A DNA stretch of 63,367 bases, counting the filler, from Octopus bimaculoides (taxonomy: Eukaryota), in NCBI RefSeq assembly GCF_001194135.2. It is 5 parts of 5 records of this genome, joined end to end, with 100 filler letters (N's around TTAATTAATTAA, not from the genome) between each part and the next. Parts side by side here need not be neighbours in the genome. Positions count along the whole stretch, not along the records: positions 1 to 27,845 come from NC_068981.1; positions 27,946 to 34,995 come from NC_068982.1; positions 35,096 to 41,494 come from NC_069009.1; 2 more parts are not named here. The stretch is one strand, 5' to 3'. Positions 25,611 to 38,612 of the stretch are shown piece by piece. The first letter of the stretch is position 1. Every line of letters starts with the position of its first letter. Under the pieces are notes generated by a model. It saw only the letters and a list, made by a program, of their open reading frames with translations. It was not told the DNA's origin and searched no databases. Both the position numbers and the translations under genes were made by a program.

Positions 25611-26177
25611 AGCTTCACTATAATTCTCTCTCTGACACTTTTATGACTTTACACACACACACACACACAATGAGCTTCTCTCAGTTTCCCTTACCAAATC
25701 CACTCTCAAGGCTTTGACTGATCCAAGGCTATATAGTAGAAGGCACTTGCCATGCAGTGGGATTGAATCAAGAACGATGTGCTTGGGAAATAATAAAAAC
25801 ACACACACACACACACACACACATGCATACGTTCATATATGCACACCTATATACAAACACACCCATACATATCCTCATTTATGTGCGTGTGTGTGTGTGT
25901 TCAAGACAAAAAGCCAAGCAAATGGTCAGCTGCTGCTGCTGCTGATGTCTCCTCCACCCACTCACCTTCTGGCTCGATATCTCTGGATCTTTCCTCTCCT
26001 CCACATTGGTCAATCCCTCTCTCTCTCTCACACAAGGATTCATTCCACATAATGTATTCAAACCAAACTGACACAATTACAACTGCATTGATTGATCTTT
26101 TCACTATCGGCCGTAGAGAAAAATCAATAAATATTAGGTTACAAGGTAAATTCTGTCTCTACTGCGGCTGCTGCTGA

Positions 26178-26470
26178 TGGCAATGATGATGTTGGTGGTG
26201 ATGATGATGGGAATGTTGTTGGGGGATGATGATGTTGGTGGTGATGATGATGGGAATGTTGTTGGGGGATGATGGNNNNNNNNNNNNNNNNNNNNNNNNN
26301 NNAATGATGATGTTGGTGGTGATGATGATGGGAATGTTGTTGGGGGATGATGATGTTGGTGGTGATGATGATGGGAATGTTGTTGGGGGATGATGATGAT
26401 GGGAATGTTGTTGGGGGATGATGATGTTGGTGGTGATGATGATGGGAATGTTGTTGGGGGATGATGGTGA
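26178..26470. repeat. Minisatellite, unit about 42 bp
   Basis: Tandem GATGATGTTGGTGGTGATGATGATGGGAATGTTGTTGGGGGAT units spanning an N gap. Confidence 0.85.
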
Positions 26471-27945
26471 TGAGGGCAATGGTAATGGTGATACTGAAAT
26501 TGTGATGTTGGTGATGATGATGATGATGATGATGGCAATCTTGTTGAGATGATAGTAATGTTGATGATGGTGATGTTGCTCTTAATACTTTCTGCTATAG
26601 GCACAAGGCCTGGATTTTTGTGGGGGGGGGGAACAATCGATCACATCGACCCCAGGACTTGACTGGTACTTAATTTATTGACCTTGAAAGGATGAAAAAC
26701 AAAGTTGAACTCGGTGAAATTTGAACTCAGAGCGGAGCAACAGACGAAATACCGCTGAGCATTTTGCCTGATGTGTTAACAATTTTGCCAGCTCGTGACA
26801 GTAAGTATGGCTGTGTCATTGAAAAGCTTGCTTCCCAACCATGTGGTTTTGAGTTCAATCCCCCTGTGAGTTACAATGGCTAAGTGTCTTCTACTAAAAC
26901 TCCAGACCAATCAAAGCCTTGTGAATGGATTTGGTACATAGAAACTGAAAGAAGCCCATTGTATATGTATATATGTACGTGTAAGCCCATTGTATATAAA
27001 ATCAAATGAAAATTGTAATTGTGGCCGTTCTCAGTGCTGCCTGACTGGCTCCCATGCTGGTGGCATGCAATAAGTACCATTCATGCGTGGGTCATTGCCA
27101 ATGCTGCCTGACTGGCTCCCCGTGCCAGTGACACGTAAAAAGCACCATATGAATGTGGTCAATGTCAGACCCCCACCCCGCAGACGACTGGCTCCCGTGC
27201 CAGTGGCACGTAAAAAGCACCCACTACACTTTCAGAGTGGTAGGCGTTAGGAAGGGCATCCAGCTGTAAAAACATTGCCAGATCAGATTGGAGCCTGGTG
27301 TGGCCTCTTGGCTTGCTAGTTCCCAGTCAAACCGTCCAACACATGCCAGCATGGAAAACAGATGTTAAACGATGATGATGCGTTGTGTATATATATATGT
27401 ATGTATGAGTGTATATTTTTGTGTGTGTGTTTGTGTACCTCTGTGTTCATCTCACATGATGGATGTAAATGAGTATCACCATCATGCAAGTGGTATCCTT
27501 CATTTCCAATCTTCCATGGAAACATGTCTGGCCATGGAGAAAAATATTATCTTATTTGGAAACAGGTGAAGTTTGGTGACAGGAAGGACATTTGGCCATA
27601 CAAAATCTGCCTCAATAAACATGAAAGCATGGAAAAATAGAGACATTAAAATGATGATGATGGTAATAACACTGATGGTGATGATAGCTATGATTATGAT
27701 GGCAGACAGTATTTTCACTTCCCCCAACCCACAAAGGACAATTTGGCAGGATGGTCATTCGCCCACTGACATTTGTTGGTGCTGCATCGAAGAAACCAAA
27801 GAAGAAAAGAAAAATAGAGAAAGAAGTAATGTACTCAACACCAGANNNNNNNNNNNNNNNNNNNNNNNNNNNNNNNNNNNNNNNNNNNNTTAATTAATTA
27901 ANNNNNNNNNNNNNNNNNNNNNNNNNNNNNNNNNNNNNNNNNNNN

Positions 27946-28029
<84 letters not shown>

Positions 28030-28627
28030 TACATATGCATATCGGTGTATTGGTGTTTTGACACTATTTGCCTTCATGCCAAAATATTGTAGCTGTGATG
28101 ATCTAATCCTTTAAGGGTATGATATTACATACATTACATACATTAAATTCTGTATCCTTTTATAAGGGAAACATGGCTGCTATTTATAGCATGTTAAAGG
28201 ACCAAGTAAAATCTCATTCCTGGGTACGTTGTGTGCATATGTCAACATATTTCTGTCTGTTCGTACATACGTTTAATACTATATAAATATGTACGCTTGG
28301 TTTTTTTTGTTCCATAAATCTAAGAAGGAAGAGATCAATATATTTGTGTAACGAGTAAACCAGAATTTCGAAACTGATCATGAAAACACGGGATGCCAAT
28401 ACCCTCAGAATTATATGCTCATTTTGATTGAGCTCAAATTATAAGCTGGAATTTCCATGCAGAATATTCTACACTACGTTCCGTCTCTTGATATAGATGT
28501 CTCCGATGTTTTACCTCAGACCAGAGTTTCTCAAATGCCTTTGTCGTCTTTGCAATTCCTTCTGATTCTCATTCTGATAATGACCAGAGTGGAAATGACG
28601 CTATACTACTACTACTACTACTACTGT

Positions 28628-28684
<57 letters not shown>

Positions 28685-28826
28685 ATATAATAATAATGAT
28701 GATGATGATGATGATGATAATCCCTTGGAAGACAGCTGGAAACTTGTGGATACCTAAGGTTACAGGTAGTACCGCGCTACCCACATAAATACTACCAGGA
28801 ATAAGACTGAACCTGAGGTAAGCTAA

Positions 28827-28858
<32 letters not shown>

Positions 28859-28880
28859 TAATAATAATAATAATAATAAC

Positions 28881-28957
<77 letters not shown>

Positions 28958-28979
28958 CAATAATAATAATAATAATAAC

Positions 28980-29075
<96 letters not shown>
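28827..29075. repeat. About 250-bp (AAT)n microsatellite with AAC interruptions
   Basis: Directly visible; source of the poly-Leu pseudo-ORF. Confidence 0.95.
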
Positions 29076-29600
29076 TTTTCTACTATAGGCACAAGGCTGA
29101 AATATTTGGGGAGGGAGCTAGCTCGGCACCTTTAATTGTTTCAAATTTTTGACACAAGTCCAGCAAGTTTCGAGGGGTAAGAATTTTACAGTGCTCCCAG
29201 TACTTAGGTGATAACTTATTTTATCAGCCCCGAAAGGATAAAAGGCGAAGCCGACGAAATTTGGACTTATAACCGAAACAGTCAGAAGAAATACCACTTG
29301 GCATTTTGTCCGACGCACTAACGATTCTGCTCAGCCACTTTTTCAATATTATGTTTTCGATATTAGGTATAAAGTAAAAGGCGGTGAGCTAGCAGAATAG
29401 TTTGCACGCCAGACGAAATGCTTAGCAGCATTTCGTCCGTCTTTAAGTTCTGGGTTCAAATGCCGTCGAGGTCAACTTTGCCTTTCATTCTTTTTCGGGG
29501 TCGATAAAATAATTACCAGTTGAACACTGGGGTCGATGTAATCGACTTACCCCCTCCTCCGAACTTGCTGGCCATTTTCAAAATTTGAAACCAATAGTAC
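29076..29600. mobile_element. Head-to-head pair of family B SINEs
   Basis: Minus copy about 29076-29340 and plus copy about 29377-29600. Confidence 0.8.
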
Positions 29601-30775
29601 ACCATGTAGTTCTATAGTATTTCCTCAGTTGATGGAGGATGTTTTATTCAACACACTGACCAGCAATTGCTCTTTCGTGAGCATGAGAAACGCTTCTGTT
29701 TTTCAAGCCACAAACATAAGTTACTCTTTTTCTCTCACTTTCCGGTAAAGGACGTAGGTATAGATCACTTTCCTTTGTTACACAGCTTTGCCAAGCAAAC
29801 TCTTTCTCTGCCAAATAATTCATTACTAGGACTCGTCTGTTTAAAGCATTTCAGATGAAATGTTCGAACCACTTCCTCTGTTTGGCAATTCGAACAATCT
29901 ATTCATTTCTTCACGTGAAGGAACGTATGTATATGTTACTGCCGTTGCTGTTTCTGTTATCCTTATTCACTTAATCTTGTGACGAAAATTTCTTATTTTT
30001 CCGTAATGCGAAATATATGTATTATATTGAGGATTCAAATACCATTTTTTTTTTTACTATCTATTATATGTAAAACATATCTGTTATAGTTAAAGACACT
30101 CCAGAATTATCTATTTCTTGAGTTCTTCTACGCTAACAAGTATGTATCTCTCAGACATGCAGTGGTCACTCAGTTGCAGCCATTCAGACTGTTTCACCTT
30201 CAGGAAAATTTCCTTCCTCCAAGCTTCCGTATACGGAAGCTCTGCAAAAAAGCTCAACGATACTATCCTTTCATCCTTGATAAAAATATCCTTTTAACCA
30301 TTTTTTTACAAAAGGTAAAGAAAAAAATTGCTTGTTTTAAAATTTTCCCCTCTAATGGATAAGAATTAATATAAATTCCCGCCTCTCTTTACAGAAATTC
30401 GGCATTAATAAACGTTTACCAATTATTTCACTAGGCAATAATCAATATATANNNNNNNNNNNNNNNNNNNNNNNNNNNNNNNNNNNNNNNNNNNNNNNNN
30501 NNNNNNNNNNNNNNNNNNNNNNNNNNNNNNNNNNNNNNNNNNNNNNNNNNNNNNNNNNNNNNNNNNNNNNNNNNNNNNNNNNNNNNNNNNNNNNNNNNNN
30601 NNNNNNNNNNNNNNNNNNNNNNNNNNNNNNNNNNNNNNNNNNNNNNNNNNGCACCTTGTTTACCATTTTTGTCCTTGTTCTTTTGCCACGTCATGTACCC
30701 AGTTATGTATCTATATGTACATGTGGATGAACGTATAAACATACATGTACATATATATGCATATACTCATATATT

Positions 30776-30859
<84 letters not shown>

Positions 30860-32194
30860 CTCAACAGTATTATCATTTATAGTTGTGTCGTGTGCTGCAA
30901 GGTATGATTTAAATCTCGGGCAAGCTGAGATTGCAACATTTTTTCCATCTCTCTCTGTTTTGCAAGCTTTGTCATAACGTAGGCATTTGAAAAAAAGCAT
31001 GCACATAACAATACCTTAGATCCTTCTCCTAGAATATCTATCTGAAATGGTGGTGAATTAGAAAAAGAAAATTGGATATTATGCAACAAGTGGTTTTCGA
31101 TGCAACTAGGTATCGTTGCATGAGTAACAATTTCTTTTCGCAATCACGTAGATTTTGGTTCGATTCCACCATTTGTTATCTCAGAAACTATGCGGAAGAT
31201 CGTCGTATACACACAAACGTGAGTGTAAGTCTGTGTCTGTGTGTGCACACTCTGGCAAAGATTGTAAATATCGGTGAGAAAAATAGAAATTCTTTTCAAA
31301 CGAAGTCACTGGACATATCTATTTTATATCATTTGACCGACACTTCCTTGTCTCTCTCACTGCCAGAAATGGCTATTTGAAAACTTTACCCAACGATGTT
31401 CTTGATCACCGCATGCGATGTAAAATATGATAACAGTGTTATATTAGCGATTTTCTATTAGGCATGGCACCAATTGTCAATATCTTAAGACAGGATGGAT
31501 AATGTGATGTTTTAGTGTTGGTCTAACACATCACCCGAATTCACACCACGGCCATCTGGAGCTTTGGAGCATTTAATAGAATCCACACTTTTTCAAGTAT
31601 CCGGAGCAGACATCAGAACTACTTTTCTTTTTTGCTCACATTGATCAGGAAATATTCTTCATACTGGACATTAGCCACATCAGTCTCACCACTGTAAGTA
31701 GACCTTCAAGGTTCATGCGCACTGCCTCCATTTTCTTTAAACAATTTATTTTAAAAAAGAAATAATTGTGCGATGTAAGTGATTTTAACTTGTCGCTGTG
31801 GTCCACTTGCGCAAGTTAACATCGACCTCGCACTCAATGATTCTGGCGTGAATAATGAGCAGTATTGATTACCAAAAAAAAAAAGAAAAGAAAAAAAAGA
31901 GGGAAATATGACAAACTTAAAAGCAAGAAAGGTGGATTAACAAATATGTTTTCATTTTGACTACCTAAATTTTAAGGAAATGAGACACTAACGTATTCTT
32001 TAATTCTTTAATTCTTTTACTAGTTTCTGTTTTGCGAGGACCCCACCTCCAAAGATTTCAATTGACCATACTGACCCTACCACCAGCAAGTCTAGTAATT
32101 ATTTCAGCGAATTCTGTGTATTGAACAGCTAGCTACTGATTTTGATATAAAGAGACACTAATATACACAGTTTTACGTGGCTATATAATTAACT

Positions 32195-32512
32195 GGCAAT
32201 CTGTCGGTTACGACGACGGAGATTCCAGTTGATCCGATCAACGGAACAACTTGCACGTGGAATTAATGTGCTTAATGGCTGAGCACTCTGCAGGCACGTG
32301 TACCTTTAACGTAGTTCTCAGGAGGATTTAGCGTGATACACAATGTGATAAGACTGGTCCTTTGAAATACAGGTACTACTTATGTTTGCCAGCGAAGTGA
32401 ACTGGAGCAACGTGAAATAAGAGCTTTGCTCAAAGACACAGCGCGCTGCCAGTAATCAAACTCACGACCTTACGATTGTGAGCCGAATACGCCTAACTAC
32501 TAAACCACGCGG
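32195..32512 (-). mobile_element. tRNA-derived SINE family C
   Basis: tRNA-like head; 3' part CCGTTGATCGGATCAACTGGAA..CGTCGTCGTAAC shared with 51241-51631. Confidence 0.7.
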
Positions 32513-32815
32513 CATCACGATTACGTACACGGACATAGACGCAGTCACTCAAAAAACACATATAAGCGTACGCACACACACACTCACACTCACACACTCA
32601 AACACATATGAACACAAACTTCTGTCCCGTTTTCCATCTTTCAATCTCGTTTACAGCATTGGCCAACCCTAAGCTACATAATGAAAATACTGGCTCAAAG
32701 GGCTGCGCAGTGGAGTCGAACCTAAAATCACATGGTTGTGAAGCGAATTTCTATATCTGCGTACATCATTGGTTAATTTTCAGTTGGCAATCACTACTGC
32801 TTGGAGAGTTATCAT

Positions 32816-32858
<43 letters not shown>

Positions 32859-34958
32859 ACACACATACACACACGCACACACAATACTGATTTTTAATAA
32901 ACCACAAGGTGACAAATATTGGTCGATTTAATGGATTCCCAATGTTTGTCTCGTGCCTACTTTATCGACATCAGATTGAGTCAACGATCTATGTGGTCAT
33001 TCGACCAGATAAATATAGCTGTCATTTGCTAACGAAGCCCTAAATATATTAAGTCTGAAAATAATATCTGGAGGGCACAGATGAGTCGGTTTTGATCATA
33101 TGCCCCCTTGGTCTGAGTTACCTGGAATTAAGCATTACTATCAGCAATAGCAAGAAAATCAACAACAACTCTAACTTCGAATTAATGATAACAGAGCGTA
33201 ATGGCATTTTATCCGGCGCTTAACTAATTAAGCCATCGTCTAACCTGGCTCGAGCCGGATTAACTATTAAACAAAATAAGCACATGCTTAGGGCATCAAG
33301 GAGAGAGACCACCACAGAGTTTTTTTCTATTACCAGTTTTACTGTGGAGCAAATGTAGATTATGACAAAAAAAAAAAGAAAAGTTTTTAAAAGGTGTTGA
33401 AAATCTATATATTTCCTGTTTCCCTAAATACTCATAAATAATTGTTATATTACTTGCTGCCATTTAGTGTTAAATAAATTGTTTAGAAAAGCAATTCATA
33501 TCTAATATAGCTATTGAGTCTGGCTTGGTAGAATGGCTTCGATAAAGACTTAGTTTATACATGTTTTTTTTTCACATTGTGCGCTTATGTCGAAATGGTT
33601 TGTTAAACAATGGAAGGGTTGAGAGTGCACCATTTCTGGGTGATGTTGAGGGCGTAGGTCAGCATTAATCCAGCTTTGAACGTAACACATAGGGTCTGAA
33701 ATTTTTAGGAAGTGAGTGTTTCCCGCTTAAAGCATTTGCAGAAAGTCTAAGATGAAATGGCTTTAGCGTAGGATTGAAACGTTATTCTTGCTTTCCAAAA
33801 CTTCTCACAAGTTGCATGCATGTATGGAGGAAATAATTTATAGAATCATCAGAGCATTGAAAAAAAAAAAATGCTTCTGGTATGTATGTATTACGGTCCT
33901 TTAAGTTCTCACGTCAAATCCTACCGCTGTCAACTTCGTCTTTCATAATTCCGGGGTCGATAAAATAAAGTACCAATCAAGTACTTGTTCGGTTTAATAT
34001 TTCTACAGGTTCATCTAGCCGTGAATGTTATCATGACAGAAATATAATAAAATCACGAATTTAACCCATTAATTCATAACGTTTCAAAAACAGAAGAGTT
34101 AGAAAATTATTCAATACGAACCATTTATCGGTTGTAATTAATAGTATAATGTAAATTAAACTTTATGCATTAATGGCTTAATGTCTTTTGGACGAACCGT
34201 GAACATATATGATTATATTCAATTTAACTTCTCGCTTTACATTTCTCTTCCTGGGTTAAAGTTAGAAAATTATTGACAGAATCAATTGGGCGAACCTTTG
34301 CGTTTGAGTCGACATCACCTTTTATAATAATTGGTTCAATAAAATACATACGGGTCAAGTACAGGGCTTGATTGAATCGATAATACACCTGACCCGATAA
34401 AATGTTGCAGCTTCGCACCTGAATCAGTAATCATTGAAAGCATGTGTTCTACTGGTTAGGCAACTTTTCAAACATATGATGTCGTCTTCGTTTTCCTTGC
34501 AGAAAGTACGTTGTCTCATTAAACAGCCTACTTAACTTCATGATGCTCCGGACTACCCAACTAGGAAAAATCAGTATTACGTCCTACAGAGCACTCGGCC
34601 AAAATCAAGTTAGTACGATAACATAAACATGTGAGTAACATAGTCACAAACATTCAGGCCGAATAAGTGATATGCCTAGCAGTGAAGCGCTGAATCCTAT
34701 CTTTACCGTTAAGAAATCAATACGTCACAGCAGAAAGACGTCGAGCTGGTAGAATCGTTAGCGAGTCCGGCAAAACGTTCAAAAACGTTCAAAAACAAGA
34801 GGGAAATCCCGGCTACACTTTGTAGCTGTAATATTAAAAAGTCGCTCGGCAGCGATTCTGTTGGATTTGATCCTGCAGCGGAGAAATTTCGGCATGTGTC
34901 ATTCTCGGGTAATGCACAGACACATATATAAGTACATGTATATCTACACACACATAAA

Positions 34959-34995
<37 letters not shown>

Positions 34996-35095
34996 NNNNN
35001 NNNNNNNNNNNNNNNNNNNNNNNNNNNNNNNNNNNNNNNTTAATTAATTAANNNNNNNNNNNNNNNNNNNNNNNNNNNNNNNNNNNNNNNNNNNN

Positions 35096-35201
<106 letters not shown>

Positions 35202-35699
35202 CACATATATGTATGTACTACACCTATATACATATAAAGATACGAGGAGTTTTCATCAGGGTGACTCAAACTAATAGTTAATGCGCTCTGAGTGCACAAA
35301 TAGGTGTGCTACTAAAATTTCGAATTGATGTGCAGTTGAAGGTGTGATTTCGTGACTGCCTTACCGTAAGCGGCTAGAAGTCGCTTCCCTTTGAGTCGGC
35401 TGGTATAGGTTAAAGTGGAAAAGAAGCGTCAAACGGTTCGGCAAGACTTCATAAGGACATTTAATTTAATTTAATTTAGCTATATAGTTAAATGTTTAAA
35501 TAGTCTCTAACAGCTGTCTGTAGGATATTCCAGGTATTGGAATATCATGCCGAGCGAAGACTTCATATGCTGAGTACACCGTCGTCAGAGAGAGAGAGAG
35601 GTTGAACATATGTAACAGTGGAAGAAAGTTCCTCATCAATAATAGTTGTGGTTCATTATGCCTAGAAAGGGAAGAGAAATCTAATTAAATCCAATTAAG

Positions 35700-35885
35700 C
35701 GGGTATTCTGTAGGTACATCCATGATCGACCCCAGTACGCAACTGGTACTTACTTTATCGACCGCGAAAGGACGGAAGACAAAGCCGACCTCGGCGGAAT
35801 TTAAACTCAGAACATAAAGACAGATAAAATACCGCTAAGCATTTCGCCCGGCGTGCTCATGTTTCTATCAGCTCGTCGCCTTATG
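35700..35885 (-). mobile_element. Family B SINE, CpG-intact copy
   Basis: Reverse complement of the family B sequence with CpGs retained; inverted relative to 36222-36440. Confidence 0.8.
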
Positions 35886-36221
35886 GTGGATTCAGGGCAC
35901 CGTTAAACGAAAAGTTAACTTCGTTAATCATTTATCCGTGAACCAAAAAGTTAAACTCGTTAATCGTTAATCCGATTATTCTTTGAAAATGTAACGGAAG
36001 TTCACGTTAACTCGTTAACGTTAACTTTTATTGAAAAAGGCCTAACTACAGTTTAATACCCCACCGACTTTGTTGCCTCATAATTTCCAAAAGAATGGAT
36101 ACTTTTTAACAAAATGTTCACCAAATAATCGCTTATATCCTGTAAATTGAGTGAATGCAAAGATATGTTGGAAAAACATTAGCAAATTTACCATTTTGCG
36201 GTCTAATATAAGAGAGACCAG

Positions 36222-36440
36222 CAAGGCAGCGTGCTGGCAGAAACGTTAGTACGCCGGGCGAAATGCTTGCGGTATTTCGCTTGTCTTTACGTTCTGAGTT
36301 CAAATTCCGCTGAGGTTGACTTCGCCTTTCACCCTTTCGGGGTCGATAAATTAAGTACCAGTTGCGTACTAGGGTCGATTTAATCGACTGGTCCCCTCCC
36401 CCAAATTTTCAGGCCTTGTGCCTAGGGTAGGAAAGGATAT
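36222..36440 (+). mobile_element. Family B SINE, CpG-intact copy
   Basis: AAGGCAGCGTGCTGGCAGAAACGTTAG...GAGTTCAAATTCCGC...GGCCTTGTGCCTAG. Confidence 0.8.
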
Positions 36441-37183
36441 AAGGTTTTGAAGTATCGTAACACATGCACAGACAAAGACGCGCACACAGGCATACGCACA
36501 CATTCTCTCAAACACACATTTAAACTCGCACAAGCACAAGGTACACAAATACATTTACAACTCATTCAGACACACACTCACAAACTCATACACACATTCA
36601 CAAAAAACTCAAACCATTCACACACGCAGACATACACACCTAGACATACACACTAACAAATCATACACACACACACTCACACACATAACCACCACCGTCC
36701 CCAACACACACACACAGACACACACACACATTCCTCAGTTCCCAAACATTTCAAAAAGCCTGTAGTCTTTACGCAAGTTATATTCCAATGGCCGACATAT
36801 TTGCTATTAGCCGTTGTCGTCTGCTTTCTTTGAAATGTAACGAAGACAAGAACAACTACTGACGAAGATGATGATTAGAAGAAGAAGAAGAAGCTATCCA
36901 GATGGCGATACGTTCTGTAAAGACATGTCGACATGTTAACACTCAAAAATTGATTTTGAACGAACGCGTTATTCTTCCACCTGTCTTAACGAGGAATCTC
37001 TGTTTGTTTGGATGGGATTTCTTTTCTTCCAATAAAAAGCCGTGTTACTTGTTTTTGTCTTGTATTTTATTTTAAAAGCCACTCCATTTTAGCTTCTTTT
37101 ATTGGCCGTCGGAAAATTCTTGTGTGTTCTTGCTTCTGGTTCGAGATCAACCGTTATCCAGTAGATGTTCCATCTGCGACCGT

Positions 37184-37347
37184 CACTAGCGTAGTTGGGG
37201 GGTGGTGGGGGTCCTCCCTGGACGGCACTTTTAATCGGGCACCGCTTTTGGGTCTGCTGTAGGCAACATGTGTTTTTTTTTTTGTGGGGTCCGCGAGCGG
37301 CAAATGGAAGGGCCGCCCCTGGCGGCACAACTCTAGCTACGCTACTG
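37184..37347. mobile_element. GC-rich 164-bp MITE (hAT-like 8-bp TSD)
   Basis: Ends CACTAGCGTAGTTG / CTAGCTACGCTACTG; TSD GCGACCGT / ATGACCGT. Confidence 0.7.
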
Positions 37348-37477
37348 ATGACCGTCCCAATTTTCATTCACAGATAGTGTTTCTAGGGGTACATACATAC
37401 ACAAGGCTGTAATTTGAGGGGGATTTGGCTGATATTCCTAGTGTATCCAGCTACCATAGAGAGGTCTTCTCATTGGC

Positions 37478-37519
<42 letters not shown>

Positions 37520-37595
37520 TTGGCTGCTATTTTGACCAGGTCTAGCTACCATGTAGAGGTGTCCCTCATTTGCTTATACATACATACATACATAC

Positions 37596-38612
37596 ATGAT
37601 GATGGTTGCCAACACGATTTCGAGTAAAGCCATTGCCTGATTTCTTTATGTCCTAGAATATCATCTGAATATCATTCTGACTAAGTGTCCACTCCATCTC
37701 AATCTGTATTGCAATAGCAAAGCCTCAACGCCGAAGCATTTCCCACTTTCCAGCACCTCATCGTTACTCACAAACATTTTCCAGCTGATCCTCGAAATCC
37801 TTCTGAGACATTGTTGATGAAAACTTCCCATAGGTTTGAAGTGCTTACAATTCACTGTCCAGGTTTCGCAAGCATACAACAAAAAGATTAAGATACATGT
37901 ATTGTATATCTTAATCTTTGCTGTAGTGGAATTACCATGTCTAGACGATAGGGGGTCTTCCAGTTTGCCAAAAGCAAAACTGGCTTTCTGAATGCGTAGC
38001 GACACTTTATCATCAAGATTCGTTTATGTGTTTAGTGTGCTCACTAAGCAAACTTAGAAACCACAGCGAGTTTTCTTCCATACACAAAGATACCAGGTTC
38101 TATGTATGGCATTTCTGGTGCTGGCTGAAACATGACAACAGTCTTGATTAGATTTATGATTAAGTCACGTGACTCACAAGCCATTGAAATTGCATTCATA
38201 AGATTTTGCATGTTCTCCTCAGTATGAGCGACAATATCACAAGCATCTGCATAGAGGAGGTCTCTAATAAGAGATTGAGGACGTCCTTGAGTTAGCTGAC
38301 AGTCTTCTGATGTTAAAGATATTTTCCTGTTGTGCGATATCTGATATATATACCTTCATAGGAGCCTTTGAAAGCCAATTGAAAAGCTATAGTAAAATAG
38401 AGGGTGAAGAGAGTGGAAGCTAGTATGTCACCTTGTTTTACTCCATTCATGACAGAGATAGGCTCCGAGAGCTTTCGACCAATGTTAATCCTTACTTCCT
38501 TGCCATCGTGAAATTTCTTCAGAATAGTGAGAAACTTTACCTGGCATCCAAGTCTCCTCAAGGTCTCTCACAAGGCAGTTCAATGGACAGAGTCGAAAGC
38601 CTTAGCGAGATC
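37596..38612 (-). mobile_element. RTE/BovB-like LINE RT pseudogene (distinct from the 1-335 family)
   Basis: LAKAFDSV, GVKQGDILASTLFTLYF, DLLYADAC, RIQKASFAFGKL, LLYACETW and RLRWSGHLVRM across several frameshifts and stops. Confidence 0.9.

Noticed and set aside
27890-27901. TTAATTAATTAA islands inside N runs (also 35040-35051, 41539-41550, 57764-57775)
   Set aside because: An identical palindromic 12-mer with stops in all six frames, centred in N blocks of about 100 bp: an artificial scaffolding spacer, not biology.
28823-29092. Poly-Leu/Ile/Tyr/His and CV/YI/HT-repeat ORFs across the window
   Set aside because: They are translations of micro- and minisatellites.
34224-34418. ORF MRSCNILSGQVYYRF...
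   Set aside because: Overlaps a highly decayed family B SINE; no domain signal.
35890-36040. GTTAA(C)-rich segment similar in reverse orientation to 6350-6436
   Set aside because: Looks like one end of a common DNA-transposon family; the second terminus and TSD were not found, so it was not called.
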